Part shown: piece after piece, positions 34,301-48,800 of the stretch
Position numbering within the stretch: the stretch's first letter is position 1
Layout: each line of letters starts with the position of its first letter
DNA from: Bugula neritina
Lineage: Eukaryota; Animalia; Bryozoa
Assembly: GCA_964035545.1 (NCBI GenBank)
Contig: OZ037765.1
Coordinates: 25,977,504-26,041,503, forward strand
Direction of reading: 5' to 3'
Length of the DNA stretch: 64,000 nt
Notes under the pieces: generated by a model
The model's database searches: none
The model's input: the letters and a program-made list of their open reading frames with translations, nothing else
What the model was told of the DNA's origin: nothing
Translations under genes and position numbers: made by a program

Positions 34301-37300
34301 ATGGAAATTCGCCAAGAAGCATTCAACGATTTACATGTTGATAAGCAAATGTATAAACTTCCTGAGAATGAAAATGAGAGCAATCACTTGTAAGTATATT
34401 TTCTAGTCATGTGAAAGAGCGTAATATATACAGACATCAAACATCCCTTTCAATTATTGTTTTACTTCCATATTACAGAATTAAGCCAAACTTGCATAAC
34501 CACTATTTATTAATATAAGAGTATTTTTGTACCTATTTTTTCAGCTGCTATAATATGTATAAGTAGCGTTTTAAGGATAGCTCATACAACGAAGTAGAGA
34601 GTGATTTTCCATGTGTTGCAAATTATAGTTGGTAAAGAAAGATTACCTCCCATGCCTGATAGTTTATTCTTAGTCTTTCTTTGTAGAGATTGCAGCTTTC
34701 ATTTCTTCACACCTGGGTTGGCTATTCCTTATGGCATTGAACAGCCAGGAACTTCGAGTAAGTTTCTAAAAGTTGCTGGTTAAAAGTTCAATACTTTATC
34801 TATCAAGAATTAGCTCAAACACTGCTGTTCATCTCTACATATTTTATAGGAATAAAATATGTCTTTCATATATTATTGTAGTATACATATATTTGTATAT
34901 TAGTGTTTGTATATTAGTGCAATAAAGGTTTGTATATTAATATTATTAATTTTAATAACCGCAAGTTAAATTTTGAAAGCACTACTTATACTTATAAACA
35001 TGTGTACCTGTACCTCTATAACAAGCTGCTCTCTAATTATTTAATAGAGAAGCCAAACTCTATTGGCATTTGGTGGAGTGGAAGCAGTAAGTTCACATAC
35101 TATTCTCTAACTAAGCCAGTGAAGGTGAAGAAAGCTGCTGGAGATGCTCCAGATGCAGGTAATATTTTCATTTGTCTATACTAAATGACTGATTTATAAA
35201 GTTACCTGCGCAGTAATCTAAACTGCAAATGCGTGTTTGGTGGTAGACTTACTATTGTATAAATGACTTCATGTTGCGACATACATTAACAATCCGTACA
35301 TTAACAGTCAGCAGGAAAAGCAGGGTGAGGGTTGTCTTACCTAGTCAAACAACTCCACAGGCAGACCCTCTTAGTTCTGCCAGACCAGGTAACCATCTGC
35401 TTGTTGTTTACAGCACAAAATACTTCCCAGGAAACATATGATTTTACACTTGCAATGATGGACGCTTATCTTTGTTTCTTATTTAATAATCTTGTACATT
35501 GGAATGTTCCCTTTACATCAAAACACTGTTTCACATTATTATGTTGTTAGAATTAGTTAGGTATTTTGAGTTGATGTCTTAAAAACCAAAGCAAACTGTA
35601 TAGTTAAAATTTCTTAAATAGGTTGCTGAAAGGCCAACACCTTTTGTTGTAGCTGCAAATTAAATTTAGGAAAAGCACTGATATAATTTTGCTAATTTAC
35701 AAATGCTGCTGCACATTGACAATCAGCCCAGTCCGTTATGCACTGCAAATTTAGGAACTATTACTGCTGTGTTATATAATATAATATGATGTGAAAGATT
35801 CTAAGCCTAAGTGCTGTTCTTCACTGATTGCTTCTTTATTTACACACTTCAAAAAGTTTTCTTTAGTAGCTAGAAATTTTTTGATCATTGAGTTTCTTCT
35901 ATTTTCTTGCAAACTTATCTTTTGCGAAAAGACACATTTTTCTTGTTTTTTTATACTTTATAGACTGACTTTTGCCATGCATATCCTGTAATCAGAGTAG
36001 TTAGATAGAATGCCTGGTATATTCAGCTTTACATTTGTTTTGCATATTTTGTTTGCATTATAATACAATTTTTGATCAAACATTAAAAATTTGGTAGCAA
36101 GGTATTTATCAAATGCGCACTAATGAAAATCTTTTTTGATTTACAAGCAAAATACAAAATTTCACATTACATTTTTGTTTGATGACTTTCACATGTTTTT
36201 ACTTTTTAATTAAATTAATGTGTAGAATTAGATCTAAAGCCGGAGACGGTTTGGCCACAGACCGCTGTCATTACATCTAGCGCCACGAGTCCGGACTCAA
36301 CACTGGTGGCCCTTGGCTTGAAGAATGGTATAGTGACCGTATGGGATAAACATTTGTGTGAGTTTTCAAATCTGCTGAAAATAAGTTTATATATACATGG
36401 TGTGCTAACATAACATCTACAAATGTATGAATAGCATGCATGCAATATACTAGTATTAAAATACACATGGAGTATTCAACAATGAATGTAAATTTTGTTG
36501 TAGAGACACTAAATGACATGTATGTAAGTTGATATGGTCACAATTGATATTCATATGAAACCAAAATCAATGGTTGATAAATGACATCAGAATTTGAGCC
36601 ATTTATCTATTATAGGTAGCTTTTTAAGTATACCTTAATTAAATGATACATGGGATTTTATTTCTACTATATAAATTTGCACATAAAACTGTAGGCATTA
36701 AAATAAGTGTTTAAAAGTATTACATGCATGAGTTCAACCACAAAAGTTTTTTAAATTTCAATCTTGCATTAAAATTTATCTTTATTTTTGGTAACTTTAC
36801 TTATTTTACTTTACTTATTGCCTGTAATGGCACAGAACTTGTAGTTGCAACAGTTTAGTTTGATTTTATAGCTTAAACTAAAAAATATACACATGGTTAT
36901 CTTTAACTCTGTATATTGTTGCATATTAAGCATTTTTAGTATGTCATACATTATATGTACAGGATGTATGTTTGTTGTTTGTTTGTTTGTTTTTATTTTG
37001 TCGTAGTCAGAAAAAAATTAATTGAGAAAAAAATAAACAAAATGACAGGGCCTATGGCGCAATAGCACTGTAGCTAGTCGAGGCACCGAGCCATGAATGG
37101 TTGACGGTTATATAAGATTTTTGTTTAGGTTTTTGGAAGTTTTAGCAACTCAAAAAGTATTATTTTTTTATCTGGAAATTTGCCATTAGATGGTCTCTCA
37201 GGGCAAGTTTGAAACCAGCCTCCCTCCCCACAGCACGAATAGAACTAGGCAATTTATTCCATAGCGACGAACATTGGAATTCCACTCTTCGTTGACCTGC

Positions 37301-39461
37301 AGCAGTTGATGATGGAGGAGTTTGTAGGCTGAACTCTGAAAATCTTGTGGGATAGTTATGTGTGAGATGTGTTAGTTGAGAGTAGTAAAGTTTATGTGAG
37401 AGCAGTATTAGTTTGAATTTGTGTAGAGTGTGAATAGGCATGATTGAAGAACTAAGAAACAGTGGTTTAGATGGGGAAAGGTGATGCTTTTTATATATAA
37501 TTCTCAGTATTTTTTTTTGTAGTAAATGTAGTGGTTTAAGATAAATGTTTGCTGCATTACCCCACGATTCTAGGCAATATGTTAATTTAGAATTTACAAA
37601 AGAGTTATATATTTGTATTAGAATTTTTTTAGGTAGGTGATTGGAACATTTACTTATCAAGCCTACTAAGGGACTGGGAGATTGTTGGCAATGATCATCA
37701 GTAGTTTATTACTTGCTACTCTTTAGGTTGCATTAGGAAGTCGGTGCTGGTGTGTCAATCAGCCATAACAAAGCTGAATTTTCTGGAGCCTTCCATCTGC
37801 CCGCAGTCTAACAACAGACAGCGCTGCTATCCTACAACCACGTCATGCTATGTGTTAATTGGAGCAGCTGATAGCTCGCTTCACTTGCTCAACTGTGGAC
37901 AGCTTGATTTCTCACCACCTACAAACATTTCTCAAAAGTATGTGCTTTAGATTTCAAAATAGTATATTATAAGGGTATTTGCATATAGTTTGCGGTGATT
38001 TGCATACTGCACCGATAAATTTATTGCGAAGCATTACCTAGAAGTTAGAGAAAGTACATTATTTTCAACAATATCCTATTGTATAAATAAATGGCATCTC
38101 GTCTAGTGTAAAACACAACTTATATATGCTTTAGATGCCCACTGTCAAACGATCAACCTTTTACGTATCAATGCAACTTGCTTACAAGCAAACATTATAA
38201 GTTAACAGATAGTAAGAAAGTTAACGCTCTACATATTTACTTGTATCATTTTTCAAACTGTTACTTAGATTATGCTATATTTCTAGAGCATCAAATGATG
38301 ATGATGTTGTTATGTCAGTTACTGTTTTCCCATCCAAGTGTCCTGAGGTGGTAAGTCTAATACGAATCATGTTATTATAACCAAATAATAAAATGTTCTT
38401 TTTAGCTATAACCAAGGAATTTTTCTCAAAATCAACTTGCTAATTTATCTTTCTGGCAATTTCTATTTTGTCATGAAAAAAATGTCCAAGCAGGAAATGT
38501 ATATAGTATTGTAAGGATATATCTGAATAGCTATCTATTTTTCACTTGACATAGTACTGGATTATTATAATTTAGATTATGAAAGTGCACAAAAATGGAA
38601 CCATGTTCTTGCAAGATGTTACGACTTGTAAGACTTTGTGTGAAGTAGCACTGCCCATTACACATGAGCTGACAACTCCATGGCAACCTGTCATGTCTAT
38701 TGCAGCGTGTGGTCAAATGCTCTACATCAAGGGTAGGTTGATTATAGTAATAAATGCCTTTACTCTAGTAGTATTACCAGATGCAATTGTTAGTATTCAC
38801 TAGTTTTTATAAAAAAAAAAATATCTTTTTTACATTTTTATCTATTTTAAAACGCAATGTGGTTCTCAGAACATTGGATTTGCTTCTAAAATGACAAAAA
38901 AATTTATAAGACTCGGAACAATATGTTTCTCGAAGTTTAATCTGAGTTGCATAGTGCTAATTTGTTGAAATTTCAATCCTTATACGGTTATACCTCTTCC
39001 AAAGCACAATAGATAATCTATTATATATCCACAAATTTTAGTAGTTTACGTGGCAATCCTACATGATCTAGTTTGATTCTAGGCACTCAAAAGACCGAAG
39101 AAGAATATGTTGAAAAAAGTCCAACATCTCTGTTCGTTTTTCAATTACGGTCATTCCCAGTTCTGGACGCTTATTGGCTGAAGCCACGCCCACAAATTGA
39201 TTACACAGTAATAAACCCTATAGACACAAGAATATCCTGCTTGCTGACTCAAAGGTGAATTGATCTCTTATCTCTATAATATTAAGACAACAGTGATGGT
39301 AAATTTCCTTGATGTTATTAAATTTCTCTAAAGCAAGAGTTCAGGCCACATATTTTTATTGCAGGGTAAAGTCATCAGCCGTCAGACAGCAGCGACTACA
39401 GAAAAGGTGGCCATTGATGAAACAAGAAGTTTTTAGAATTGCACAAATTAAAAGCCATTAA
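31357..39461 (+). CDS. WDR93: WD repeat-containing protein 93, multi-exon
   Basis: N-terminal DQLPQPYRLIDELL...WE motif typical of WDR93 and the WD-like LVALGLKNGIVTVWD. The exon junctions checked are in phase; the last exon (39365-39461) ends ...IKSH*. AATAAA at ~39544. Confidence 0.85.
36793..37675 (-). mobile_element. 5'-truncated LINE (CR1/L2-group) 3' fragment in a WDR93 intron
   Basis: ORF 37160-37660 matches the post-RT C-terminus pattern (IYNSFVNSKLTYCLESWG...LQKKILRII...LWNKLP...FKLALR). A 3' UTR follows and ends in an AATAAGTAAAGT-type microsatellite tail. Confidence 0.85.
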
Positions 39462-39817
39462 ATAGACCAGATGGCATACAAATATTTCCTTGTGATTTTG
39501 TGATGTTTTATTTTTTCATAACAAATAATTTACGATAGCCATTAATAAAATCATCTCGAAATTTCAATATAGAACAAACCAGTGAAACAAAACAACTTTA
39601 CAAAAGTAAACAAAAATTATTGAAAAATTAAACTATAATATTATATATTGCAATCTATAATAACAGCAAACAATAATCAACATTTAGAAAAAAAAACATA
39701 TAGTACTTCAAAAAAGCAAAGTGAGCACAGTAAATTTAATTTAAACATTCAAAATTATAACATAATTTTAATTATGCTTGTAAATATAAATTGCGTATCA
39801 TATAAAAAAAAGGTTAC

Positions 39818-42800
39818 TTATGGAGTAGCATCAGAGTCAGTGTTGATCAAGTTCTTGCACATTATGGCCATTAATCTCTCTCGGGCTGGCTCAAACTTCT
39901 CTTGTAAGGCCAGAGTGGATTGGTAGTACTCCACAGCTTTTCCGAAATTGTTCTAGAAAAAAGATGAAACAAAATCATCCCATTTCTTTGCTTAAAGTAA
40001 ATATTATTCATGATGGCAAGTTTTTCTAATCTGCAGATGGAGAAAAAAATAAGCAATAGAAAATAAAAAGAGGAAATAACTTCTGTTGTAGCTCCCACCT
40101 GTGCAGCATACATATTTCCTATAGAGAAATGTATGACAACTGTTTCTGGTGAGGATTGGAGGGCAGCCAAAGCTATTTCTAATGCATCATTGAGAGATCC
40201 TGCTTTATGTAGTATGTTGGCCAAACTCAATAGCGGGATATGCTACCGAAAATATAACATAAACAATTTGATGCAATTAGTTGTTAGATAATTAGATGTC
40301 AAGTGATGTAACATAATGTAAATTCAAACCCTACACAACTGCAGGACTGTTTTATTTTTGTCAACAGAACTAAATTTGAGACTTGTTAAGCACTCACCCT
40401 ACTTTCTTCAGGGGCATACATAAGAGCCATTCGCAAACAGTTGATAGCATTCGGGGCATGACCCTGCACCCTCCAATAAAGTGCGCCAAGACAGCCTAAG
40501 GCCCACGATGTTGGATTCTTTGCCAGAGCTTTGCTGATTCTCGTACCGACAATATCTACATCCTCTTCTTTTGTACCCAACATCTGAATTACCTGTCACC
40601 AAAAGTTCCCCAAAATTATTAAAATATTCTATAATTACAAAAAATTATTTACAAAGCAAAATTTATTATTAACAGAAAAATTGCTTAAAATAAAAACAAG
40701 CTGCTAAAACGGAGAGATGCCATTGTTGAAGATCTGTGCCTTTTCTGAAGGTTCTCTAGAATGTGCTAGCCTTTCAACGAAAAGTTTAGTGTCCAAATTT
40801 ACAGTATAACAAACCGATTCTATATTCATTTTTACACCAAGAACCTCAAAGTTATGTATTAAAGTTACATCAAATTCTATAAAAAAAATATACATATGCA
40901 ATAACTTCAGACTCTGTAAAGGTTTACAGTAAATTATAGAATTAAACCTTGGAATAAAAATGTTTAGGCACATGGCAATTCGTCCACAACTTATGCACAT
41001 GGATAGTACACTTGTATATACCCACATCTTTGAGGACGTTCTCGCTAGAGTAATCCAGCTTATCTTTATCCGCTATACTGGGCAGGTGGTCAAACATGGA
41101 GACACTTGCACCAAACTTTGCCTCACACATTGGTGCTTTTATCTGATCCATGTTAATTTCTTCCTCTAAATCCAGTAACTCCGCAACACTACAATACATA
41201 AACTTTCATACGTATAGTCTGGAGATTGTCATACAGACATACACAATGTTACCACACAGCTAGTCAACATTGGCATGACTCATTGTAATGGCGAACCAAC
41301 GGGCAGATTTCATAAATTGTTATTTTGAAAATATTATTTAGAGTTGTCTTTACTTCTAAGCATAACGCACATGCAACTGTAAACGTTTAATAATGTGATT
41401 TACCATCAGTTGAAGGGAATGTTAATACAATTTAAAAAAAAATTTAGCTTGAAATTACAAGGCAGACCTTGATAAGCATTTAGCCTTTTATTTAAAGTAT
41501 CTTATGCAAATAAAAATTGAAATATTACAAGTTAAAATCTGGAGTGTTTAGAATTTTCATTAAAATATTTTGTGAAATTTGCATTTAAAGTTGGCAAGTA
41601 AATAAAATTTTATATAGTTTTTGCTTACAAGTTTACAGGCCTGAGCAATATGCCTTTGTACGTCAAAAATATGGACAAATATAACACACAAAAACTTTAA
41701 AATATATTTGCATTCTTTTTTTATAATTGTCATACTCTTTAAAACCCAAATTGGGTCAAACATGGCCGGCACTCTTCAAACTAAATTGAATTGTCAAATT
41801 CCTGTTCAATTCTGTTGACCAATAAAAAAGTTGACTGCTTTCAGCAGAGTAAACAGAAAGTTGCATACAAAACTGCTAAACATATATTATATTTAATGTT
41901 AATAACTGGAAAGTTTTAATTTGCAACTAGGTTACAGAAACAATCATAAATAATGGATAGGACAGTTTTGTAAAATAAGCAAACATTGCAAAGTTCACTT
42001 GAGTAAACTTAATATAATCACTTAAGTTTCATTATATCTTTCATCATTCTAATCTTTATTGCTGTAACTTTATACTTTTGTGTCCAAAAAAGACTCATTT
42101 AAATAATTACTGTAAAAACTTTATTTATAAGAGTTGTCTGTTCACAATTCCATCACTGTTGCAGAGCTACACAATGCACAGACAAGGTGTAGGGGTAAGA
42201 CCACTTACTCCGCAAGTGTAACTTGATTGTCAGCATAGTCTAAACCCCTGGCAGCTACAGACAGCCATGTGGATATAAAGTATTGAAAGTCAACATCTTG
42301 ATAAGAACTGCAGTCAGACGGCGAAGGTTGGAACTTGTAAGTTGGTAATGAGATTCCTACATTATACAATATAAAATACCAATTATATATATCATTGAAA
42401 TAAATAGGAATATAGACTAAACACAGAACAATAGTGAGATGATAAAAGATAAAATAACTCAAGTGGGCAATCTTATGTTGAAGCAAACTATAGCAATTTA
42501 AAAAGTTCTCACTTTCTCTGGGATTCACTTCTGGTAACTCAATCTGATCAGGTGATGCGTCTTTCTTACTGAAACAGTTGATCTTGTCCTTCTTGTCAGT
42601 CATAACACACACTACATCTGCAATCAAGAGTACAATGTGAGTTGGCGCGTATAGATCTAACACACTATTAGTAACAAAACGTCACCACAATAGAACTAGA
42701 GAATGAAAGACTGCCTCTCACACCAACCAAAAGGATGAGAATTTTGTGATGTCAATTTCAAAGTATATGAAAATAAACATGTATTGTGAATTTTACTTTT

Positions 42801-45800
42801 GAAAAAATAGCTCCAAGAAAATCAGATGTAAATAGGTTTGAAGTTACAAGGTTGTTAGTTCATCAGCAAACGGTTTTATTTCAAACAAGTGAAGCAAGCT
42901 TATGGGGCGTAAGAAATACCCTCAGTTATCAACTATGTTTAGATAGACGTGGCCATTTTGATCAAGAGTGTGGTGTCATCATCTATTATAGTGAGTTAGA
43001 GTGAACTTTCACTAGAATTGTTAGAAAGAGAAAACAGCTCAACTGGATGAGTGAAGAGAAATTAGAAGCACTACTGCAGTATTATAGGAATACAACAATT
43101 CGGTTACCCGTGGCGTCACTCAGCTCAGACGCTACGTCCTCAACGCATATGGAGTCACAGCTAAACTCATCACATATTTTAATGAGTTTTCCGGTTTGAC
43201 ATAAATAACTATCAATGTCTGAAATTACGTAAAATGTTGAATTGATAATTTCTATGCAACAAATAATACAAGCAAAATCAATTTCTGCATTCTAGTTTTA
43301 ATCACGTGTGGATCAATTTCATGGCAATATATATCAGGAAGCAAGGTTTAGCAAATTATACAACATTTCCATAGGAATTAGGGAACAGAATATATGAGGT
43401 ATAAATGCTCAACATGTTACCAAAACCAATTTAGTAATTATATACATCGCACTGCTATATACTTACCCACAAACCCTTTCAATTCATCTATGTCTAAAGG
43501 ATTTTGCGCATCGCCAGTCTCAACTAGCTTTCTGGCACTGTCTACGAGTATTTGACCAGCATGTTTCTGCTGCTCTATAAACAGCAGCAATTCAGACAGC
43601 AGCTTGCAAAGCTGTTCCAATCTTCTTTCCTTTAAAAAAGTCAATATTCTATATTTGCAATAAAATATTAAGCCAAAGAAAATTTTCATTGTATAAAAAG
43701 AGCAGCACACAGTCTGCTCTACGCAGATCAATACTCACATGAGTTGTGAACTCGGTGTCGTCACACCCCACTCGCTTGCCGTCTTTCAGTAGATTGCATT
43801 CATCTGGCTTCTCCTCTAATACTTCGTCTTTACCCATAAACAACAACCGCTGACTCCATTTACCGGCAGCAACTAGTTTGATCTTAATATATGGGTCAGT
43901 TCCGGGCTGCAGCAAACAACACAGACGTATTATGAGGTAATTTATGTCTCTAAAAGGATACGCACTGTATGCTAAGTAACACAATAAATGGGACAATAAC
44001 TTGAAGGTATAATACAACAGAGTACATCATAGAGTACTTGTAAGATGTTAGTTTCAACCTGAGTGCCTTTGTTTCTCACAAAAACAATTGACTGTCAAAT
44101 TTCTATCTAATAGTTTGTTAACAGGGGATTTTCACTCATCGGTGCTTTAAGATTTCTATATATTGATGCTCCAGTAGAAGCTGGTGGAGAACCAACATAA
44201 TTACAATTTAATTGCCCGATGCCTGGTTAACCAATCAAGCATTATTCTCAATCAATCGAGTATTTAAAGGTATATGCAGCAATCTTATGATAGATTTCTA
44301 AATTCTACTAAAACTGATCAATACAGTGTAATATAGCTGGCTGGTGGAAACTACAACTAAATAAACCAGCAGTGAGACAGGACATTTACCTTGTGTATAA
44401 GCTGATCACACTCATTACCACTGCACAAACCCTTTAGTTTGTGTAACTCTTTCATTGCATCAGCTTCACTTGGATCAATTATATTGTTTCTTCTGAGAAA
44501 AGTTTCCAAGCTGAGTAGGTCTACAAATTTGATACACAGAAGTTGCGCACTCTAATTGTTGTGGATGGCGTACATTGAACTTTATATAAGATACAATATT
44601 TTCTGGCATAAAGCTGTAGAAAGAAAAAGTGCTGTAGACACTTGAATACGAATTGTTATACTTGCAAATGCAGATGCACTATAGATAAGCTGTAATTCAT
44701 TTATTGAGACCATATGGCAGGTGCTATCATATGGCAGGTGCTATCAAATAGGAAAGGCATTTTGTCTTCAGCTCATGAAAAACTTCTTTTTGCAAAGCAT
44801 TTTCGTCAAAAAATCACAAAGCGGAATTAGCAGACAAAGCAATATGAAACATAAATTTAACAGCCACCCGAGTAACGAGTGACTTTTAACCTAATATTTT
44901 ATAACAATGCCCACAGTTAGGAGACATCTTGAATGAACATTTCAATATGTTATTAATTTGCATTCCGAGATGGCTTAGTAATTAGATGATTACTATAAAT
45001 GTGCCTTCTAGTTTTAAGCTTTACCCTAATAGAACCCCAACACCTCAAACATCAATAACATGATAGCTAAGATGTAACTAAAGGAAACCCCTTCCAGATG
45101 TTAATAGGAACAACATAACATTTTAGCATTTAAATCATTCAATTTTAACAACTGACCGTATATTCTTCTTGCTAAAATTCATCATTAAACAACATTCAAA
45201 GCAAAGGAATATAAAATTGAATTGACAGCTTAACAGTGGTGCTGTTGCACCTAGACGTCCTAAAGCAATCTGATATAAATAGCAATAAGAGGGTTTGCAA
45301 GTTGACAAGAAATGTAATTTACAACACCGAAAATTATAATTGTAGTGATAATTTTCTAGTTACTTCTCTACAAATTATGCATTTCACCTGTTTAGTGTAT
45401 AAAGTGTTTTTAAACTTCAATTTAAAGTAGCAAAACATACCAGTCAGAACGGTAGAAAGAGTGAAACACTGTCATAGAAACCACAAACCAGACTCGAAGA
45501 AGTTACAAGTCACTCACCTCCGTTGATAGTTGACTCCATATTCATCAGGTCACCGCCACATATTGACAAAGTTGAACAGCTACTCGTACCACAGTCTTTC
45601 GGCTTCTTCCGTGCTTTGCATATGTTCTATATGTAAAGACATAGCGTATTATATAAGTTCTATATGTTAGGACATAGCATATTATATATGTTCTATATGT
45701 AAGGACATAATGTAATACATATGTTCTATATGTAAAGACACAATGTGATATAGATGTTTTATATGTAAAGACATTGTAATATTATATAACAATAGCCCAG

Positions 45801-48800
45801 TTTGTTATATATATAAGATAAAACAGATACCGCTACACACCAGAGTGTTACAGCCAGGTAAAAGTAAATGAGAGCAACATAACTTGACATACAAACAAAC
45901 ACTGACCTGATCTGCTTGCAGGGCTGCAGCTTTGTGGTATTTATTAAAACACTTGAGGTTTCTTAGCATATCCAAAGCCTCGGTGTAGTCCGGATTGTAT
46001 TCAAGAGCCTTCTGGTAGTGGTGGATAGCTCCAGAGTCATTGTGAGTTATGGCTAGGAGATTGGCTTGCGTGAAGTGAGTTATTGGCTGAAAAAAGGAAT
46101 CAAAATTATAATTAACAGCATATACTTAAAACAAGAGGCTTAGAATCTAGTTTTGTGAAACCACTGATGCGCGAGAATGTCTAATAACAGAGAAGTTATC
46201 TCACCTCATGTGGACAGAATATCAGGGCTTGTCTGGTCATATTTAAAGCGTCCTCAAACTTCTCCCATTGTGTGAAGATATTAGCGACATTCACCAATGG
46301 GACGTCTACGTAGTCAGCAGGTACAAAGTGCAGGGACCTTCGAAGGCACTCTATAGCATGGTAATTATTACCTGCAGCCCGCCAATATAGGCCGGCTAGA
46401 TTGTACAGCAGCCATCTTGGTGCCAAATTCTAAATATAGAATCAAATTAACAAGGTCAATCTTGCAGGCCAGCAGTAATTATTTCAGGGGAAAACAAAAA
46501 TTTGTGTTTCACATTAAAAGGTGATTTGTAACAATCTGAAACTTAGCTACATAAATAAAGCAGTGTGACTGCAACATCTTGAAGTATAAGAAATACCTGC
46601 TTTAGAGCCGTGAGTATTCTTTGACCAACTTCCTCCTCTACAGCGTCGCCATTGTTGACCCAACTCAGCAAGATCTACACACATTACATACATATTTAGA
46701 CATGGCACAGTGTTTGCAAAGAGCTACTCCATTTCGTTAGTTAATGTATAAAATCTGTGGCATTACCAAAGACAAGGGAGTAAATGTAATTATAATAGAT
46801 ATGATGAATACATATCAAAAGTCAAGATTCTACACAAGATACAGCAATAGATTTCTTACACAGCCAACTTTATGCATGCTTTGGGGTTAGCCAAATCTCT
46901 GAACATTAATACACACCTTAGTGAGATTGGGATCCGCAGAGCCCAGTGTTACTTTGTCTCTCTGCTGAAATGAAGGAATTCGGTCTAGAAACATGTCACC
47001 TTGCTTGAGATCCACAATATTAACGCATAGAGGGCGATACCAAGGTAGGGGGTGCTGCTGCCCAGCCTCTATATCTATTGCCTCAGCGAGGAAGACTCTA
47101 GAGCTGTGATACAAAAAATATAATATATATCAACAACTCAGTTAACAAAATGTTGGCAACTGAACCAAGAAGTAAATTCTATTTATTCATTCAGTATAAC
47201 GAGGGCAACTTACTCAAATCCTTTGTTCTCAGGAGGCAAGAAAGTGGAAGGATACTCATCCCAGGTCAGCTGCCGGGTCTTATAACTGTCACATTCCGAT
47301 AAAGAGGGCCAATCGGCAGCGAGATGGGCAGCAGAGACAGCCTCATCAGCTGCAGGAGGCTAAAGCATCACATGTTCAATTAACAGTATATTGTATATAA
47401 TAGTATACAGGTGATTACGGGATTAATGAATTGAAAATATTATATATACAATAAAAAAATTAATCTATTAAAAAAATAAACCACTGCTAAACTACTCATC
47501 TGTCCAACATGAACTATAGAGTGAAAATATATATATGTAGAACCACATTCCTTGGGTTTGGATGAAGGAATCACTTTGGAAAATGCAGAAACTACACAAA
47601 AGATGCCAAGCAAGACTTTTTCTCTTTTATAACCATGTTCTTTAAACTGTCTATTATAAGCAGATTAATCGTATTCTTAAACTAGAATAAGTTACACGTA
47701 CACATTTTCGATCAAGAAAAAACTATAGGCATTTCTTTAGGGAGAAAATTAAAAAAAACAACCTAACGATTACAAGTATCATAGAATTACATATCCCACA
47801 CACACAGAGTAACCAAATAAAGATATCTAAACAGATGTGCGGAGATACCATATATTCTTGAAAAAGACAAAACCTGATGGACTCACAGCCTCTGTGGTGG
47901 GATATGTAGGCGGCCGAACAGGCTTGCTATAGTCTTGGCTTTCTTGTTCAGCCACATAACTGTCTCTGAATGTGCCAAGTTCTAATGCATTCACTCTATC
48001 ATCTTCAACTTCAATATTCTGTAATTGTAAAACCTGCAAAATAATACTGCAATTAGCATATAATCTTACAGGTTGGGATAATTCTAAAAATATGTAACTT
48101 CTTTTAGCTTTTTTCACGGACCCACTCACCTCTGTTTCGGTGATGGGAATGTTAGAAAATCTTTCTGCAATATCTCCAACACTCTTATCATAGTCCGGCT
48201 CTTTCCACTTACACACAACAGTGCGCTCATCTCCTTTCACAGCTAGTTCGCAGTGTTCCCCTGCAACATGCATTCAATGCATTGCATAAAACTTTTCACT
48301 GTAGGAACGACTTCAATTTAACAATGATCAAATACAAATAAAACAGATATTTTGTTATAAGGAATTAAGGAACTTTATTAACAAAACTCCTAGAATCTAA
48401 ATAATTGATAGAGTAAATAATATACACAATATAAGTTCCTCCAAAACAAGAGAAGGAATATCACATAGTCAATAGCCTGGCAGGAAGTTGCTAGCCACAA
48501 CTCGCTGTAGTATAATTCCTCTCATACATACCCATCATTGGCTTGGAGTCGCTCTTTCTTAAACTCTGATGCTGAATAAACTCAGCGTTACGCATGACTC
48601 TATCAGTCCTGTACGCCTGCTCCACGGCAACTTTCTCTGATAACGACTGCATCGTTTCATGTTTCTTCTGGTACTCCTTCAACTTTTCCAAAGCTGACTG
48701 CAAATCACTGCAAGTATTCAAAACTACGTAAAATAAAGAGCTCTGGCAGTGTGTGACGACTGGAGTAATAAATGCTGCAGCGTATGGATTACCTGTGTTG

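Noticed and set aside
44712-44745. 17-bp perfect tandem duplication atatggcaggtgctatc
   Set aside because: Isolated intronic slippage duplication with no associated element.
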